The notes beneath the pieces were generated by a model. It did no database searches. It was not told where the DNA came from and saw only the letters and a list, made by a program, of their open reading frames with translations. Positions 25,995 to 39,859 of a stretch of DNA of 64,000 nucleotides are shown one piece after another (position 1 is the stretch's first letter; the number at the start of each line of letters is the position of its first letter). The stretch covers positions 100,690,001 to 100,754,000 of the forward strand of contig NC_086097.1 in the NCBI RefSeq assembly GCF_963921235.1, in the 5' to 3' direction. A program made the translations under genes and the position numbers. This stretch comes from Mobula hypostoma. Taxonomy: Eukaryota.

Positions 25995-27325
25995 TAAACA
26001 TAAAATACTCTGCAGATGCTGGGGTCAAAGCAACACTCACAACACACTGGAGGAACTCAGCAGGTCGGGCAGCATCCGTGGAAAAGATCGGTCGACGTTT
26101 CGGGCCGGAACCCTTCGTCAGGACTGAAGAGGGAAGGGACAGAGGCCCTATAAAGAAGGTGGGGGGAGGGTGGGAAGGAGAAGGCTGGTAGGTTCCAGGT
26201 GAAAAACCAGTAAAGGGAAAGATAAAGGGGTGGGGGAGGGGAGGCAGGGAGGTGATAGGCAGGAAAGGTGAAGAAGGAATAGGGGAAAACACAATGGGTA
26301 GTAGAAGGAGGTGGAACCATGAGGGAGGTGGTAGGCAGCTGGGGGAGGGGGCAGAGTGACATAGGGATAGGGGAAGGGAGGGGGAGGGAATTACCAGAAG
26401 TTGGAGAATTCTATGTTCATATCAAGGGCTGGAGACTACCTAGACGGTATATGAGGTGTTGCTCCTCCGACCTGAGTTTAGCCTCATCATGGCGGTAGAC
26501 GAGGCCATGTATGGACATATCTGAATGGGAGTGGGAAGCAGAGTTGAACTGGGTGGCTCCTGTCTGTTTTGGCGGACGGAGCGGAGGTGCACAACGAAGC
26601 GGTCCCCCAATCTCCGTCGGGTCTCACCGATGTAGAGGAGGCTGCACCGGGAGCACCGGATGCAATAGATGACCCCAACAGACTCACAAGTGAAGTGTTG
26701 CCTCACTTGGAAGGACTGTTTGGGGCCCTGAATGGTGGCAAGAGAGGAGGTGTAGGGACAGGTGTAGCACTTACGCTTACAGGGATAAGTGCCGGGTTGG
26801 AGATCCGTGGGGATGGATGTGCGGACCAGGGAGTCCCGGAGGGACCGATCCCTGCAGAAAGCGGAGAGAGGCGGAGAGGGAAAGATGTGCTTAGTGGTGG
26901 GGTCCTGTTGAAGGTGGTGGAAGTTGCGGAGGATAATGTGCTGGATCCAGAGGCTGGTGGGGTGGTAGGTGAGGACAAGGGGAACTCTGTCCCTGTTGTG
27001 GTGACGGGAGGATGGGGTGAGGGCTGAAGTGCGGGAAATGGAGGAGATGCGGGTGAGGGCATCATTGATGACAGCAGAAGGGAAACCATAATCCTTAAAG
27101 AAAGAGGACATTTGAGATGTCCTGGAATGGAAAACCTCATCCTCGGAGCAGATGCGGCGGAGACGGAGGAACTGGGAAGAGGGAATGGCATTTTTGCATG
27201 TGGCGGGATGGGAAGAGGTATAGTTGAGGTAGTTATGAGAGTCAATGGGCTTGTAGAAGATGTCAGTGGACAGTCTGTCTCCAGAGATGGAGACCGAAAA
27301 TTGGAGAAAGGGGAGAGAAGTGTCC
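25995..27325 (-). mobile_element. Penelope-like retroelement, 5'-truncated (RT thumb/linker + GIY-YIG endonuclease + terminal repeat)
   Basis: ORF 26440-27111 has RVPLVLTYHP, CKRKCYTC and VIYCIRCSRCSLLYIGETRRRLGDRF..HLRSV (GIY-YIG); frameshifted. Confidence 0.92.
26089..26126 (-). ncRNA. Minimal hammerhead ribozyme motif in the Penelope terminal repeat, core intact
   Basis: Minus strand CAGUC-CUGACGA-A-GGGU(UCCG)GCCC-GAAA-CG-UC/GACCG: both core boxes, stem II, palindromic ACGU stem III, GUC cleavage triplet and stem I. Confidence 0.75.
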
Positions 27326-27593
27326 TAGATATTTGTAGAAGATGTCAATACATAAATATACTACAGTACTGTGCACAAGTCTTAGGCACCCTCACTATAT
27401 AGATAACCCTAAGACTTTTGTATGGTACTGCATGACCTCAAGCTCTATCTACACCACTCAAGAACAACTGCCCTCATTCTCCTGTTATTTATTTATTTAG
27501 CTACCCAGCAGAGAACAGGCCCTTCCAGCCACACCCGATTTAACCTTAGCCTATTAATGGGACAATTTACAATGACGAATTAACCCACTCATT

Positions 27594-30500
27594 CATAAGA
27601 CCTTAAGACATAGGAGCAGAATTATGCCATTTGGCCCATTGAGTCTGTTCCGCCATTCAATCATGACTGATCCTTCCTTCCCCTCCACAACCCCACTCCT
27701 CAGCCTTCTCCCAGTTACTTTTGATGCTGTGTCCAATCAAGAACCTAGAAAGCTCTGCCTTAAATACACCCAATGACCTGGCCTCCAAAGCTGCCTCCAA
27801 ATTCCACAAATTCACCACCCTCTGGCTAAAGAAATTTCTCTGCTTCTCTGTTTTTAAATAGATGTCTCTTTACCCTTTTGTCTGAGACTCCCCCACCACA
27901 GGAAACATCCTTCCCACATCTACTCTGTCCAGGCCTTTCAACATTCGAAAGGTTACAATTCATTCTAAATTCCAGTGCGTACAGACCCAGAGCTATCAAA
28001 CGTTCCTCATATGATAACCCTTTCATTCCTGGATCCATCCTTGTGAACCTCTTCCTAATCCTCTCCAATGCCAACACATCTTTTCTTAGATGAGGAACCC
28101 ACAACTGTTCATAATACTCAAGGTGAGGCCTCACCAGTGCCTTATAAAGCCTCAGCATCACATCCCTTCTCTTGTATTCTAGACCTCTTGAGATAAATTC
28201 TAACATTGCATTTGCTTTCCTCACCAACAACTTTACCTGTAAGGTAATCTTTAGGGTGTTCTGCACAAGGACTCCCAAGTCCCTTTGTATCTCAGATTTT
28301 TGGATTTTCTCCCCACTTAGAAAGTAATCTGCAGTTATTTCTACTACCCAAGTGCATGACCATGCATTTTCCAACATTGTATTTAATTTGCTGCTTTCTT
28401 GCCCAATCTCCTAATTTGTCTAAGTCCTTCTGCAGCCTACCTGTTTCCACAACACTACCTACTCCTCCACCAATCTTCGTATCATCTGCAAACCTGGAAA
28501 CAAAGCCAACTATTCCGTCATCTAAATCATTGATATACAGCATAAAAAGAATCGGTCCCAACATTGACCCCTGCAGAACACCACTAGTCACTGGCAGCCA
28601 ACCAAGAAAGGATCCTTTTATTCCCACTCACCTCTTACCAATCAGCCAATGCTCTAACCATGCCAGTAACTTTCCTGTAATACCATGAACTCTTGGTAAG
28701 CAACCTCATGCATGGCATCTTCTCAAAGGCCTTCTGGAAATCCAAATATACAACATCCATTGCATCTCCTTTATCTATCCGACTTATAATTTCCTCAACG
28801 AATTCCAACAGGTTTGTCAGGCAAGATTTTCCCTTAAGGAAACCATGCTGACATTGTCCAATCTTGTCCTGTGTCACCAACTACTCCATAATCTCATCCT
28901 TAACAATTGACTCCAACATCTTCCCAACCGCTAACTGGTCTATAATTTCCTTTCAGCTGCCTTCCCCCTTTCTTAAAGTGTAGAGTGCATGTTGCAAATT
29001 TCCAGTACTCTGGCACTATGCCAGAGTCCAATGATTTTTGGAAGATCATTACTAACAGAAAGCATAGAAACCATAGAAACTACAGCACAGAAACAGGCCT
29101 TTTGGCCCTTCTTGGCTGTGCTGAACCATTTTCTGCCTAGTCCCACTGACCTGCACACGGACCATATCCCTCCATACACCTCCCATCCATGTATCTGTCC
29201 AAATTATTCTTAAATGTTACAAAAGAACCCGCATTTACCACCTTGTCTGGCAGCTCATTCCATACTCCCACCACTCTCTGTGTGAAGAAGCCCCCGCTAA
29301 TGTTCCCTTTAAACTTTTCCCCCCTCACCCTTAACCCATGTCCTCTGGTTTTTTTCTCCCCTAGCCTCAGTGGAAAAAGTCTGCTTGCATTCACTCTATC
29401 TATACCCATCATAATTTTATATACCTCTATCAAATCTCCCCTCATTCTTCTACGCTCCAGGGAATAAAGTCCTAACCTATTCAACCTGTCTCTGTAACTG
29501 AGTTTCTCAAGGCCCGGCAACATCCTTGTAAACCTTCTCTGCACTCTTTCAACCTTATTAATATCCTTCCCGTAATTTGGTGACCAAAACTGAACACAAT
29601 ACTCCAGATTCGGCCTCACCAATGCCTTATACAACCTCATCATAACATTCCAGCTCTTATACTCAATACTTCGATTAATAAAGGCCAATGTACCAAAAGC
29701 TCTCTTTATGACCCTATCTACTTGTGACGACACTTTTAGGGAATAAGGCACTCCTCAGTGCCTTACCATTAACCCTGTATGTTCTACCTTGGTTTGTCCT
29801 TCCAACGTGCAATACCTCACACTTGTCAGTATTAAACTCCATCTGCCATTTTTCAGTCCATTTTTCCAGCTGGCCCAAGTCCCTCTGCAGGCTCTGAAAA
29901 CCTTCCTCACTGTCTACTACACCTCCAATCTTTGTAACATCAGCAAACTTGCTGATCCAATTTACCACATTATCATCCAGATCATTGATATAGATGACAA
30001 ATAACAATGGACCCAGCACTGATCCCTGTGGCACACCACTAGTCACAGGCCTCCACTCAGAGAAGCAATTCTCTACCACCACTCTCTGGCTTCTTCCATC
30101 GAGCCAATGTCTAATCCAATTTACCACCTCTCCATGTATACCTAGCGACTGAATTTTCCTAACTAACCTCCCATGCGGGACCTTGTCAAAGGCCTTACTG
30201 AAGTCCATGTAGACAATATCCACTGCCTTCCCTTCATCCACTTTCCTGGTAACCTCCTCGAAAAACTCCAACAGATTGGTCAAACATGACCTACCACGCA
30301 CAAAGCCATGTTGACTCTGCCTAATAAGCCCCTGTCTATCCAAATGCTTGTAGATTCTGTCTCTTAGTACTCCCTCCAATAACTTACCTACTACTGACGT
30401 TAAACTCACCGGCCTATAATTTCCCAGATTACTTTTCGATTCTTTTTTAAACAACGGAACAACATGAGCCACTCTCCAATCCTCCGGCACTTCACCCGTA

Positions 30501-33500
30501 GACAGCGACATTTTAAATATTTCTGCCAGGGCCCCCACAATTTCAACACTAGTCTCCTTCAAGGTCCGAGGGAACACCCTGTCAGGTCCCGAGGATTTAT
30601 CCACTTTAATTTTCCTCAAGGCAGCAAGCACCTCCTCCTTTTCAATCTGTACAGTTTCCATGGTCTCACTACTTGATTCCCTCAATTCCATAGATTTCAT
30701 GCCAGCTTCCTTAGTAAATACAGACGCAAAAAACCTATTTATGATCTCCCCCATTTCCTTTGGTTCCGCACAAAGCCGACCACTCTGATCTTCAAGAGGA
30801 CCAATTTTATCCCTTACAATCCTTTTGCTCTTAATATACTTGTAAAAGCTCTTTGGATTATCCTTCACTTTGACTGCCAAGGCAACCTCAAGTCTTCTTT
30901 TTGCCCTCCTGATTTCTTCCTTAAGTATTTTCTTGCACTTCTTATACTCTTCAAGCACCTTATTTACTCCCTGCTTCCTATACACATCATACAACTCCCT
31001 CTTCTTCTTTATCAGAGTTGCAATATCCCTTGAGAACCAAGGTTCCTTATTCCTATTCAATTTGCGTTTAATCCTGACAGGAACATACAAACTCTGCATT
31101 CTCAAAATTTCCCCTTTGAAGGCTTCCCACCTACCAATCACATCTTTGCCAGAGAACAACCTGTCCCAATCCACGCTTTTTAGATCCTTTCTCATTTCTT
31201 CAAATTTGGCCTTCCACAATCTCTACTGCTATCTCTTTCAGAACCCTAGGGTGCAGTTCATCTGTTTGGGTGACTTATGTACCTTTAGGCCTTCAGCTAT
31301 TTAGCACCTTCTCCCTTGTAATAGTAACTGCACTCACTCCTCTTCCATCACACCCTTTAACATCTGGCACACTGCTAATGTCTTCCACAGTGAAGGGTGA
31401 TGCAAAATACTTATTTAGTTTATCTGCCATCTCTTTGTTCCCCATTATTATTTATCTGGCTTCATTTTCTGGCAGTCCTATCTCTGCTCTCGTCTCTCTT
31501 TTATTTTTTACATACTTGAAAATGTTTTCACTGTCTACTTTGATATTGTTTGCTAGCTTGCTTTCATATTTCATTCCTTTTCCTCCTAATGATTCTTTTA
31601 GTTGTTCTCTGTAGGTTTTTGAATGCTTCCCAATCCTCCATCTTCCCGCTAATTTTTCCTTAGTTGTATGCCCTCTCTTTGCTTTTACATTAGCTTTGAC
31701 TTCCCTTGTTAGCCATGGTTGTACTATTTTGCCATTTGAGTATTACTTTGTTTTTGGAATATATCTATCCCGTACCTTCCTCATATTTCCCAGAAACTCA
31801 TGCCATTGCTGTTCTGCTGTCATCCCTGCCAGCTCCTCTTGCCAATTTGTTTTGGCCAACTCCTCTCTCATACCACTGTAACTTCTTTTACTCCACTAAA
31901 ATACTGCTATGTCAGACTTTACTTTCTACTTATCAAATTTCAAGTTGAGCTCAATCATATTGTCATCACTGCCTCCTAAGGGTTCTTTTACCTTAGGCTC
32001 TCTAATTGCCTCTGGTTCATTACATAACACCCAATCCAGTATAGCTGATCCCCTAGTAGGCTCAACGACAAACTGCTCTAAAAAGCCATCTCACAAGCAT
32101 TTAAAAAACTCACTCTCTTGAGATCCACTTCCAACCTAATTTTTCCAATTGACCTGCAGGTTAAAATCTCCCATTACTACCATAACATTGCTCTTTTGAC
32201 ACGCCTTTCCAATTTCCTATTGTAATCTGTGGTCCACATCCCAGCTACTATTGAGAGACCTGTATATGACTGCTATCAGGGTCCTTTTATCCTTGCAGTT
32301 TCTTACCTCAACCCACAAGGATTCAACAGCTTCCAATCCAACGTCACATCTTTCTACTGATTGATGCCATTCTTTACCAGCAGAGCCACACCATCCCCTC
32401 TGCCTACCTTCCTATCCCTCCAAAACAACGTGTAACCTTGGACATTCCACTCCCAAATACAACCATCCTGCAGCCATGATTCAGTATGGCCACAGCATCG
32501 TACCTCACAATCTGTAATAGTGCAACAAGATCATCCATCTTATTTCTTATACTCCGTGCAATGAGATATAACTATTTTGCTACCCTTTTTGATTCTCACC
32601 CTGCTGGCTTCAATTTTGTCCCATCATCTGCCTGCCCTTCCTGACATTCTGACTGTATGCTATTTTTGCTTTTTTTTAACATCCATCCTATCCTGAGTCC
32701 CTTCACTCCAGTTCCCACCCCACTTCCAGATTAGTTTAAACCCTCCCCAACAGTTCTTACAAACCTGCCTGTGAGAATATCGATCCCCCTTGGGTTCAGG
32801 TGCAACCCATCACTTTTGTACAGGTCATAACTCCCCAGAAGAGATCCCAACGATCCAAGAACCTGAAGCCCTGCCCCCTGTACCAGCTTCTCAGCAACAC
32901 ATTTATCTGCCAAATCATCCTGTTTCTACCCTCACTGGCACATGCACAGATAGCAATCCAGAAATTACTACCCAGCAGGTCCTGCTTCTCAGCTTTCTGC
33001 CTGGCTCTCTAAATTCTCTCGTCAGGAACTCTTTGCTTTTCCTTCCTATGTCATTGGCATCAATATGTACCAAGATATCTGGCTGCTCTCCTCCCCCTCC
33101 AAAATACTGTGGACATGACCTGAGACATACCTGGGAAGCAGCATACCATTCCAGTGTCCAGTTCACGTCCATGGAATCTCCAGTCTGTTCCTAAGACTAT
33201 TGTGTCCCCTATCATTACTGCTTCCTTCTTCTCTCTCTTTCCCTTCTGCACCACGGACCCATACTCAATGTTAGTAACCCGGTCTCCGTGGCATTCCCCT
33301 GGGCGGTCATCCCCCACAACAGTATCCAAAGCGGTATACTTATTTTTGAAGGGAATGGATATGGGTGGTCTGAGCTAACCGCCTCTTCACATTTCCATTT
33401 CTCCTGACAGTCACCCAGCTACTCGCCTCCTGCAACTTAGTAGTGACTACCTCCCTGTAACTCTGATCGATTATCTCCTCATTCTCTCGTACAAACCGAA

Positions 33501-33580
33501 GGTCATTCAGTTGCTGCTCCAGATCCCTAACATGGTCTTCAAGGAGCTATAGCACTTCATGCAGATGTAGTTCCCTGGGA
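27594..33580 (-). mobile_element. Older near-full-length CR1 (ORF1 esterase and ORF2 remnants), host of a nested CR1
   Basis: ORF1 remnants GDTIV, VHIDANDI, DGLHLNPRG (32731-33330); RT remnants YINDLD..FADDTK (28292-28627); tail at ~27594; many stops. Confidence 0.9.
29056..31214 (-). mobile_element. Younger 5'-truncated CR1 of a different subfamily nested in the older CR1
   Basis: 501-aa and 204-aa ORF2 pieces separated by an internal deletion/frameshift at ~29747; TTCTATGG-type tail at 29056-29080; host ORF2 resumes at ~31215. Confidence 0.9.
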
Positions 33581-33589
33581 GACTCTAAT

Positions 33590-35330
33590 CTGTATGTCTT
33601 TGTAACGTGGGAGGAAACCAGAGTACCTGGGGAAACCGCAGACATTCCACAGGAAGGATGTACAGAGAGGGACTCCTCACAGAGGACACTGGGTTGGAAC
33701 TCCAAACTCCGATGCCCTGAGCTGTAATAATGTTGTAGCACCGCTTGAATAAAGTCTTAACCTATTCAATCTATCCCTATAATTCAGGTCCTCAATTCCC
33801 AGCAACATCTTTGTAAATCTTCCAAGCTCTTTGTAAATCTTACAACGTAAATTGCATTTTCAAGACTATTGATAACTTTTCTGTAGATAGGTGACCTGAG
33901 ATGCACACAATACTCCAACCTCTTATATAACTTCAACATCACATCGCAGCTCCTATGCCCAATACCCTGATTAATGAAGGTCAAAGTACCAAAGCTCCCT
34001 TTACGACCCTATTTGTGTTGCCACTTTTAAGGAATTATGGATCTGTACTGCTAGGTCACACCTCAGAGCCCTATTATTCACTGTGTAAGTGTGGTGAAAG
34101 ATTTACAGCATCTACTACTGTTATCTCTTCGAGTATACTTCTTCCCTCTGTATTTTTTCATTTTCAACTTACATTGCATCTGGACTTTCAACACCTGTAT
34201 CGCCACCACTTGTGTCCTCTCCCTATCACAAGTATTGTTTTTGTTCTTTTTCTGCACGTTAAAACCTATTTAATTCCTAACTTTTCCTATTTCTGATAAA
34301 AGATCATTGATTGAAACATTAACCCGATTTCATTCTCCACAGATTCTACGTGGTTTACAGAATATTTCTAGAAGTTTTAAATTTATATTTCATATTTCCA
34401 GCATCTGCATTTTTTAATGATTGTTATGAATGTGTCGAATCATTAGTCCTCATGTGTCAAGCTGCATGATCGAGGAGGCTAATATTCCAGCAAGCTGTTT
34501 AAACTTCCATCAGCACTAAGGGTGTGGTATGACGCAGAGTGGGTTGTGAGACTGTTCAGATGATTTTGCTGTTTAGTGTGGATGTATCTTGTTTTACAGC
34601 TTCACATGATAGCACCTTATATTTTCATACAACTCTTGCTTTCTGTACTCAAAGATCCAGGTTGATTTCCCCTGGCTTGTGTAATGTTGTGTGAGAGATA
34701 TACCGGGTCATCAGGTTTCACACTATGATGGTGAATATTTCTATTGATCCACAGTGTGCAGCTCTAGAATCAAAAAGCACAGGAACAGGCCCTACAGCCC
34801 AACTCATCCATGTTAACCAAGGTGCCTATATGAGCTAGTACCACTTGTTTGCATGACCCGTATCCCTCTAAACCGTTCCTATCTATGTACCGATCTAAAT
34901 AAATTTTAAACATTCCCATCTCTACCACTTCCTCTGGCAGTTCTTTCCATATACCCACCATCTTCTGTGTGGAAACATCCCTCTCAAATCCCCTTTAAAT
35001 TTCTGCCCTCTTGAATCTATGCACTCTAGTTTTAGACTCCCCTACCCCGAGAAGAACTGTGACCATCCACCGTATCAATGCCATCCCATGATTTTATAAA
35101 CTTCCACAATGCCAGTCTCTCATTACAACTCAAGCCCTCCAGTCCTGGTAACATCCTGTGAATCTTTCCTGCATCCTCCCTACCTTAATCCGTTCTTTCT
35201 ACAGTATGGCAACCAGAACTGCACTCAATATATGAAATGCAGTCTTAGCAATGTCTTGCACAAGTGTAACATGACTCAAATCTTGTACTCAGCATGCCAT
35301 ACACCTTCTTCACCAACCTTTCTGCACTTT
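33590..35330 (-). mobile_element. Cluster of decayed V-SINE, CR1 and Penelope-end fragments
   Basis: V-SINE-like 33590-33735; CR1 peptides in minus ORFs 33784-33984 and 34770-34961; Penelope-like end on + at ~34200-34410. Confidence 0.6.
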
Positions 35331-35844
35331 CAGTTGCCAGATTTGTCCTGAGCATGTGCCATTTATCAAGATTATGGTGCCACAAAACCAAGTGGAAGGT
35401 GTGAAACCAAACTTTTGTCTCCACATCGGTGTAGTGGTCACTTCCAGCATTGATATCAAGTACTGAAGCATCAGCTCTGCCACGTTAAACTGAAAACTGA
35501 AGTTCACTTGATGGCCTTGCACTTAATTGCATCACCAAAACAGGAGCCAATTTATAATAAACTGTCGATTATTAGTATTTGACCTTTCTTGCTCAGAATT
35601 TCAAGCACATATCAAAAGAATATGATGCTGCTAATAATCCTTCAATGGGAAGACTGAAATATTTTGTGCTTTGATCAGCATACTGTATCTTGGTGTTCTG
35701 CTTGGAAATGGAAGCATGGATTAATTCCGTAAGCAATGAAATGATGTTCATTTTATTATGTGGTTTGCTGGGGGCATTAGCAACCCACAGAAACCCATGG
35801 CCTTTGTAAATATTAATGGAAGAATGATTCACGTTATTAAGCAC

Positions 35845-38332
35845 TTCAAAGATTCAGAGTTATATTTATTAAACATTCCTAATGTGAGATACACACAACT
35901 TCACAAAATGCATCTTCTATTAAAATGCAACATTAGGTAGCATGTATAGTAACATTTCTTTCCTAGCACTCAAATGCTTAATAAATTCTTAATGTAACAG
36001 AGTACAAAGCCAGTAAAAGTTGCATCAATGAGAAAAATAATATTTCAACTGATCTTTAGTTAATTTTAATAACTCCTGTTTTAAAATCCTCTTTAGCATA
36101 TATCAGGTCGCAGATCTCTTTAGGTAAGGCTAACAAAGGACGAGGGTGTGCTATACTATTATTCTTTCTCCAAGAATTGTGATGTTTTTTGCTTTCTTCA
36201 TATGATTTCCCATGCCTCAAAGGAATGAACATAAATCTGTGATCCATCATACTGCATTTGGATTGCCAATACAATTGACAGCTAATGGCTCAAAGTTTTA
36301 TAAAGTTTTATTGAGTTATATAGAGCTGTGTAAAGCATTCACTATTTCAAAGAAGAACTCCCAGAATCACCCTTAAACAGAAAACAACTGAATTTTAATA
36401 ACCATGGAATTGAACTTTCAATCCAGTCTAAAGCTGGCACAGATAGTAACTGCTTAAATATGTAAACTCCAAACCATGCTTCAGCATATACATCAGTAAT
36501 CAGTTTTCCCTGGATTTCTTATCCTCACTGTTGCTTGGACAAGAGTAATAAAATATCAACTTTATTCAATTAACTGTAAATTTCAAATAACTGAAATGAC
36601 AATATGTGTGAAGCATAAACTCACAGTGACCATTACCAAATTTAGAAACATCATCTTTCTGCCACCCCTGTGCTGCATTAGTTGCCCCTCTTTCAGTACT
36701 GACTGAGATCACACAGTAAACTTGGTCTTTATGTTTTGAAGAACTGTAATTATTGATGAAAACTAGAAATTCTGCATGATTACAGTCCCTAGATCCCTTC
36801 ACCAATGCAGTTGTCACAGAAAAGCCATGAATAAAATAATGTGCATTTTGCTCATCACAAGGAACAAAATGGTGAGAATGCCATTGTTTCAATTTTGTCC
36901 TTATCTTGGATCTTGGAAGTCTAAGAGCTATTTGTTTTGAGACATTATGTCCTGGCCTCAGTGTAATTCCCTCAGAATTACGAATGAGAAATGCTCACTC
37001 AGGAGGTATTTATAATGCCAATTTTCAGCTTTCTACTCTATAACCAGAGCGAAGTGAAAACTTCCAGGTCCCAGAGCAAGGCATTTAACCTCTACTTCTT
37101 ACTTCACATCTTAATTTGCACTGTTTTGTCCCAAACTTGTCGTGAATAGCTATCATTAAAAAAATCTCTATTTTAGCTTTGGAGTTAAATACATTGTCCT
37201 GTCTGATTGTAATGCTGCTGGTCACCGAGAAGCAACTGAATATATTAAACATAGCACAACGGTTGAAAAGTTATATCAAAACATAACTTCGATATATTTT
37301 TTATATCAAAATATAACTTTGGGGTTCTAATGTTTTCGGTCATTCATTCTTTGGGGTTTTTCTTCTGTCTTGTGGAGGTCTATGAAGAGTAAGAATTTCA
37401 GGTTGTATACTGTAAACATTCTCTGATATTAAATTGAACCACTGAAACGGGAATGAATATGTAAGTGGTGGCTACCACATGAAAAGGCAAGTAAGGGGAA
37501 CATTCAATGTGGTATAAATACAGGATGAGGTATAATTAAGGTAACAGAGAACAATCAGCACAGCAATCTGTTCAGACTCACATTCCAGGCCCACACTAGC
37601 CCTATCTCACAAAGACTTTTTAGGTGAGGAAGTTTTTCTAAAACAGCGTTTAAGGTATGTCAGTTTCTACAGGACAGAATTCAGATAAGCCCAAACTCAT
37701 TTTGTCATTCTTTAAGATCCTGTTTAATTGCTTTCTACCTGAAAAATATTCACTTCTTATGCTTGTCAAATCAATTTACGTTAAACGTTTTTCTGCACTA
37801 ATCAGAAGTATTCCAAAACAATTTTGTTGATGAAACAAGAATATATCAATCACTATTCATAGCAATATTATCCCAAAATATTTGGTTGAAACCACGAGGC
37901 CAGTGATTTAAAAATATACCTGTTAAATTCAATGTCCTAATTCTATTCATAGAGACCTTTGTTATCCTAACACTGTGCTAAAAAGCTTCCACCCTGCAGC
38001 CATTTTCAAGTAAAGTATCACGTTTCACAAAATCCAAATAAAATTAGTTATAAAACAGATTAATTGCTTAATTTGTAATAATTGTAAGAAATAAAATTAT
38101 AGAAATATAAACAAATGATAGAAAAGCAAGTGAAGTTAATATTGAAATGTTTCCTAATGTTTGGGCCTTAGCTGGCACAAGGCTTCTAATTGTGCACTGA
38201 AATCTGGTATACACTGCAATACAGATACTGTCAATAACTTATTGATGTGAAAATGGACCAAGGAGGTGGAGAATATTGAAATATTGATTATATAATACTG
38301 ACAGCAAGGGATTTATTTCATTTTTCTTCATC
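35845..38332 (-). other. Probable terminal exon / 3' UTR of the minus-strand gene
   Basis: Strong acceptor TTCCTGTTCTTTTGCTTTTCAG|GATGAAGAAAAATGA at 38332; ~2.5 kb AT-rich and almost repeat-free; AATAAA at 35870-35865 (another at 38318-38313). Confidence 0.5.
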
Positions 38333-39359
38333 CTGAAAAGCAAAAGAACAGGAAGGATGACATTAATTTGCAGGTTCACAAATATTGAATTAGACTAGTT
38401 ACTGCAAATCGTATGATTACATCACCTATCCTTGATACTGAGCAGCCTTTGACACACTCTGAATACTCTCCCATCTAAAGGGGTAGGGTACCCTTAGTGA
38501 CAGAAGCATCATTTTGAACAAAACAATTTAATGAATTTTATTTCTTAATCAAAGGGAGTATGCTGAACTCATGTAACACAACAGCTTTAGAAGGTGTTTT
38601 TTTCAGAAGCAAAACTATAGAAGTTGTGATTGAAAAAACATGTGCAACTTAGTATTAAAAGTACCAGATAAGAAACAGCCAGCTAGGATAACATTGCCTG
38701 TAATATCGAACCATGCATAAAACATTAATTCATAATAAAGCAATCCGGCCTCAGCAGATTTAAAGATGACAGAGTGTGGCGTAGAGATGCACAATACTGT
38801 AAAAACATATAATTAAAACATTTCATGCTTGTTATTATTATTGGCAATTCTTACAGATAAAACACCACTGGAAGATTTATTCTATTATAAGAAGTGATGC
38901 AACATAAGTGGAACATCTCATCAAAAAAGAGGTTTGACAGTCATTACCTGGAATCTTGTTTCTGTTTGCCTATTTTCAATTACATGCCTAGTCAAGAGAA
39001 GCTAGAATTTTTCAATATAGAGCAAAGAAGGTTAAATGTGTTTATTCTTTCGGTGCTTGAAGTTTTGAGAATTCAATATCATAGATAAGGAGAAAATATT
39101 AGAAATACTTGAGGTAATTAGGAGAAGAACCACAAGGGACTTGAGGAGAACATTTTATGATACAGCAATTTGTTAACTGGCAGGAAGGGATTGATTAATA
39201 GTTTTACAGAAGCTGGCAAAGCCACTAAAGAAAAATGGCATTAACTTAAGCGGTATAATTTTTCCTTTGACTTAAAACAGGTGTGCTGTGTATGCAGTTC
39301 AGCACTGGAGTGCTGCCATCCTGCTTGACAATGTGTGCAATCGAACCGAAGCTTCCTAC

Positions 39360-39401
39360 CTACAGGGAAGCTGTCAATTTCTGTTCCATTCATAGATTGC
39401 A
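39360..39401 (-). CDS. Candidate 42-nt phase-1/1 exon (VQSMNGTEIDSFPV)
   Basis: GCTATTTTAG|...CCTGTAG|GTAGGA; open and phase-compatible with the donor at 51490. No homology support. Confidence 0.22.
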
Positions 39402-39859
39402 CTAAAATAGCCAAGTCCAACAATTTTGCTTTTCATCATTTTAGTTGATGCTAGTAGTACACAAAAGTACTGAGACAGTCAGAACCAGGCTTTGAAGTAA
39501 TAGAAAAGGCAGTGATGAGAGGAAGATGTAAAGGTACTGTCTGAACACTTCATTCCATGCTCTCTGACCAATCTTGCTACACCAGTTTCTGTTTCTGCCT
39601 TTCCCATCGGGGTTGTAATGGGCACTTTTTTCCCATTCAGGAAGAAGGATGGTAAATTCCAGTAGGTCTTGTTAAATTTTGCTAGTGAAACAAAGGTTTA
39701 ATTCCTACACTACAATTGGTCCTTTAGTGGCTTTGTGCAGAGCCTTGAATGCATGGTGCCCAAACCAGTGAAGCCCATGAGCATCTATGATCATCTGCAA
39801 CATCTTAAGGATTTGACTCGATAATAAGTTACACTAAACATCTACATCAATGAAAAATG

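Larger units (their letters stand above)
25558..27430. mobile_element. Tc1-type MITE split by a Penelope insertion
   Basis: TIR CAGTACTGTGCAAAAGTCT at 25558 with its inverse ending at 27430; each end is itself a ~66-bp hairpin of two TIR copies. Confidence 0.65.

Noticed and set aside
38948..38987. 40-nt minus-strand exon candidate (HVIENRQTETRFQ)
   Set aside because: Its acceptor overlaps a decayed plus-strand CR1, and it needs a phase-2 upstream donor that I did not find.
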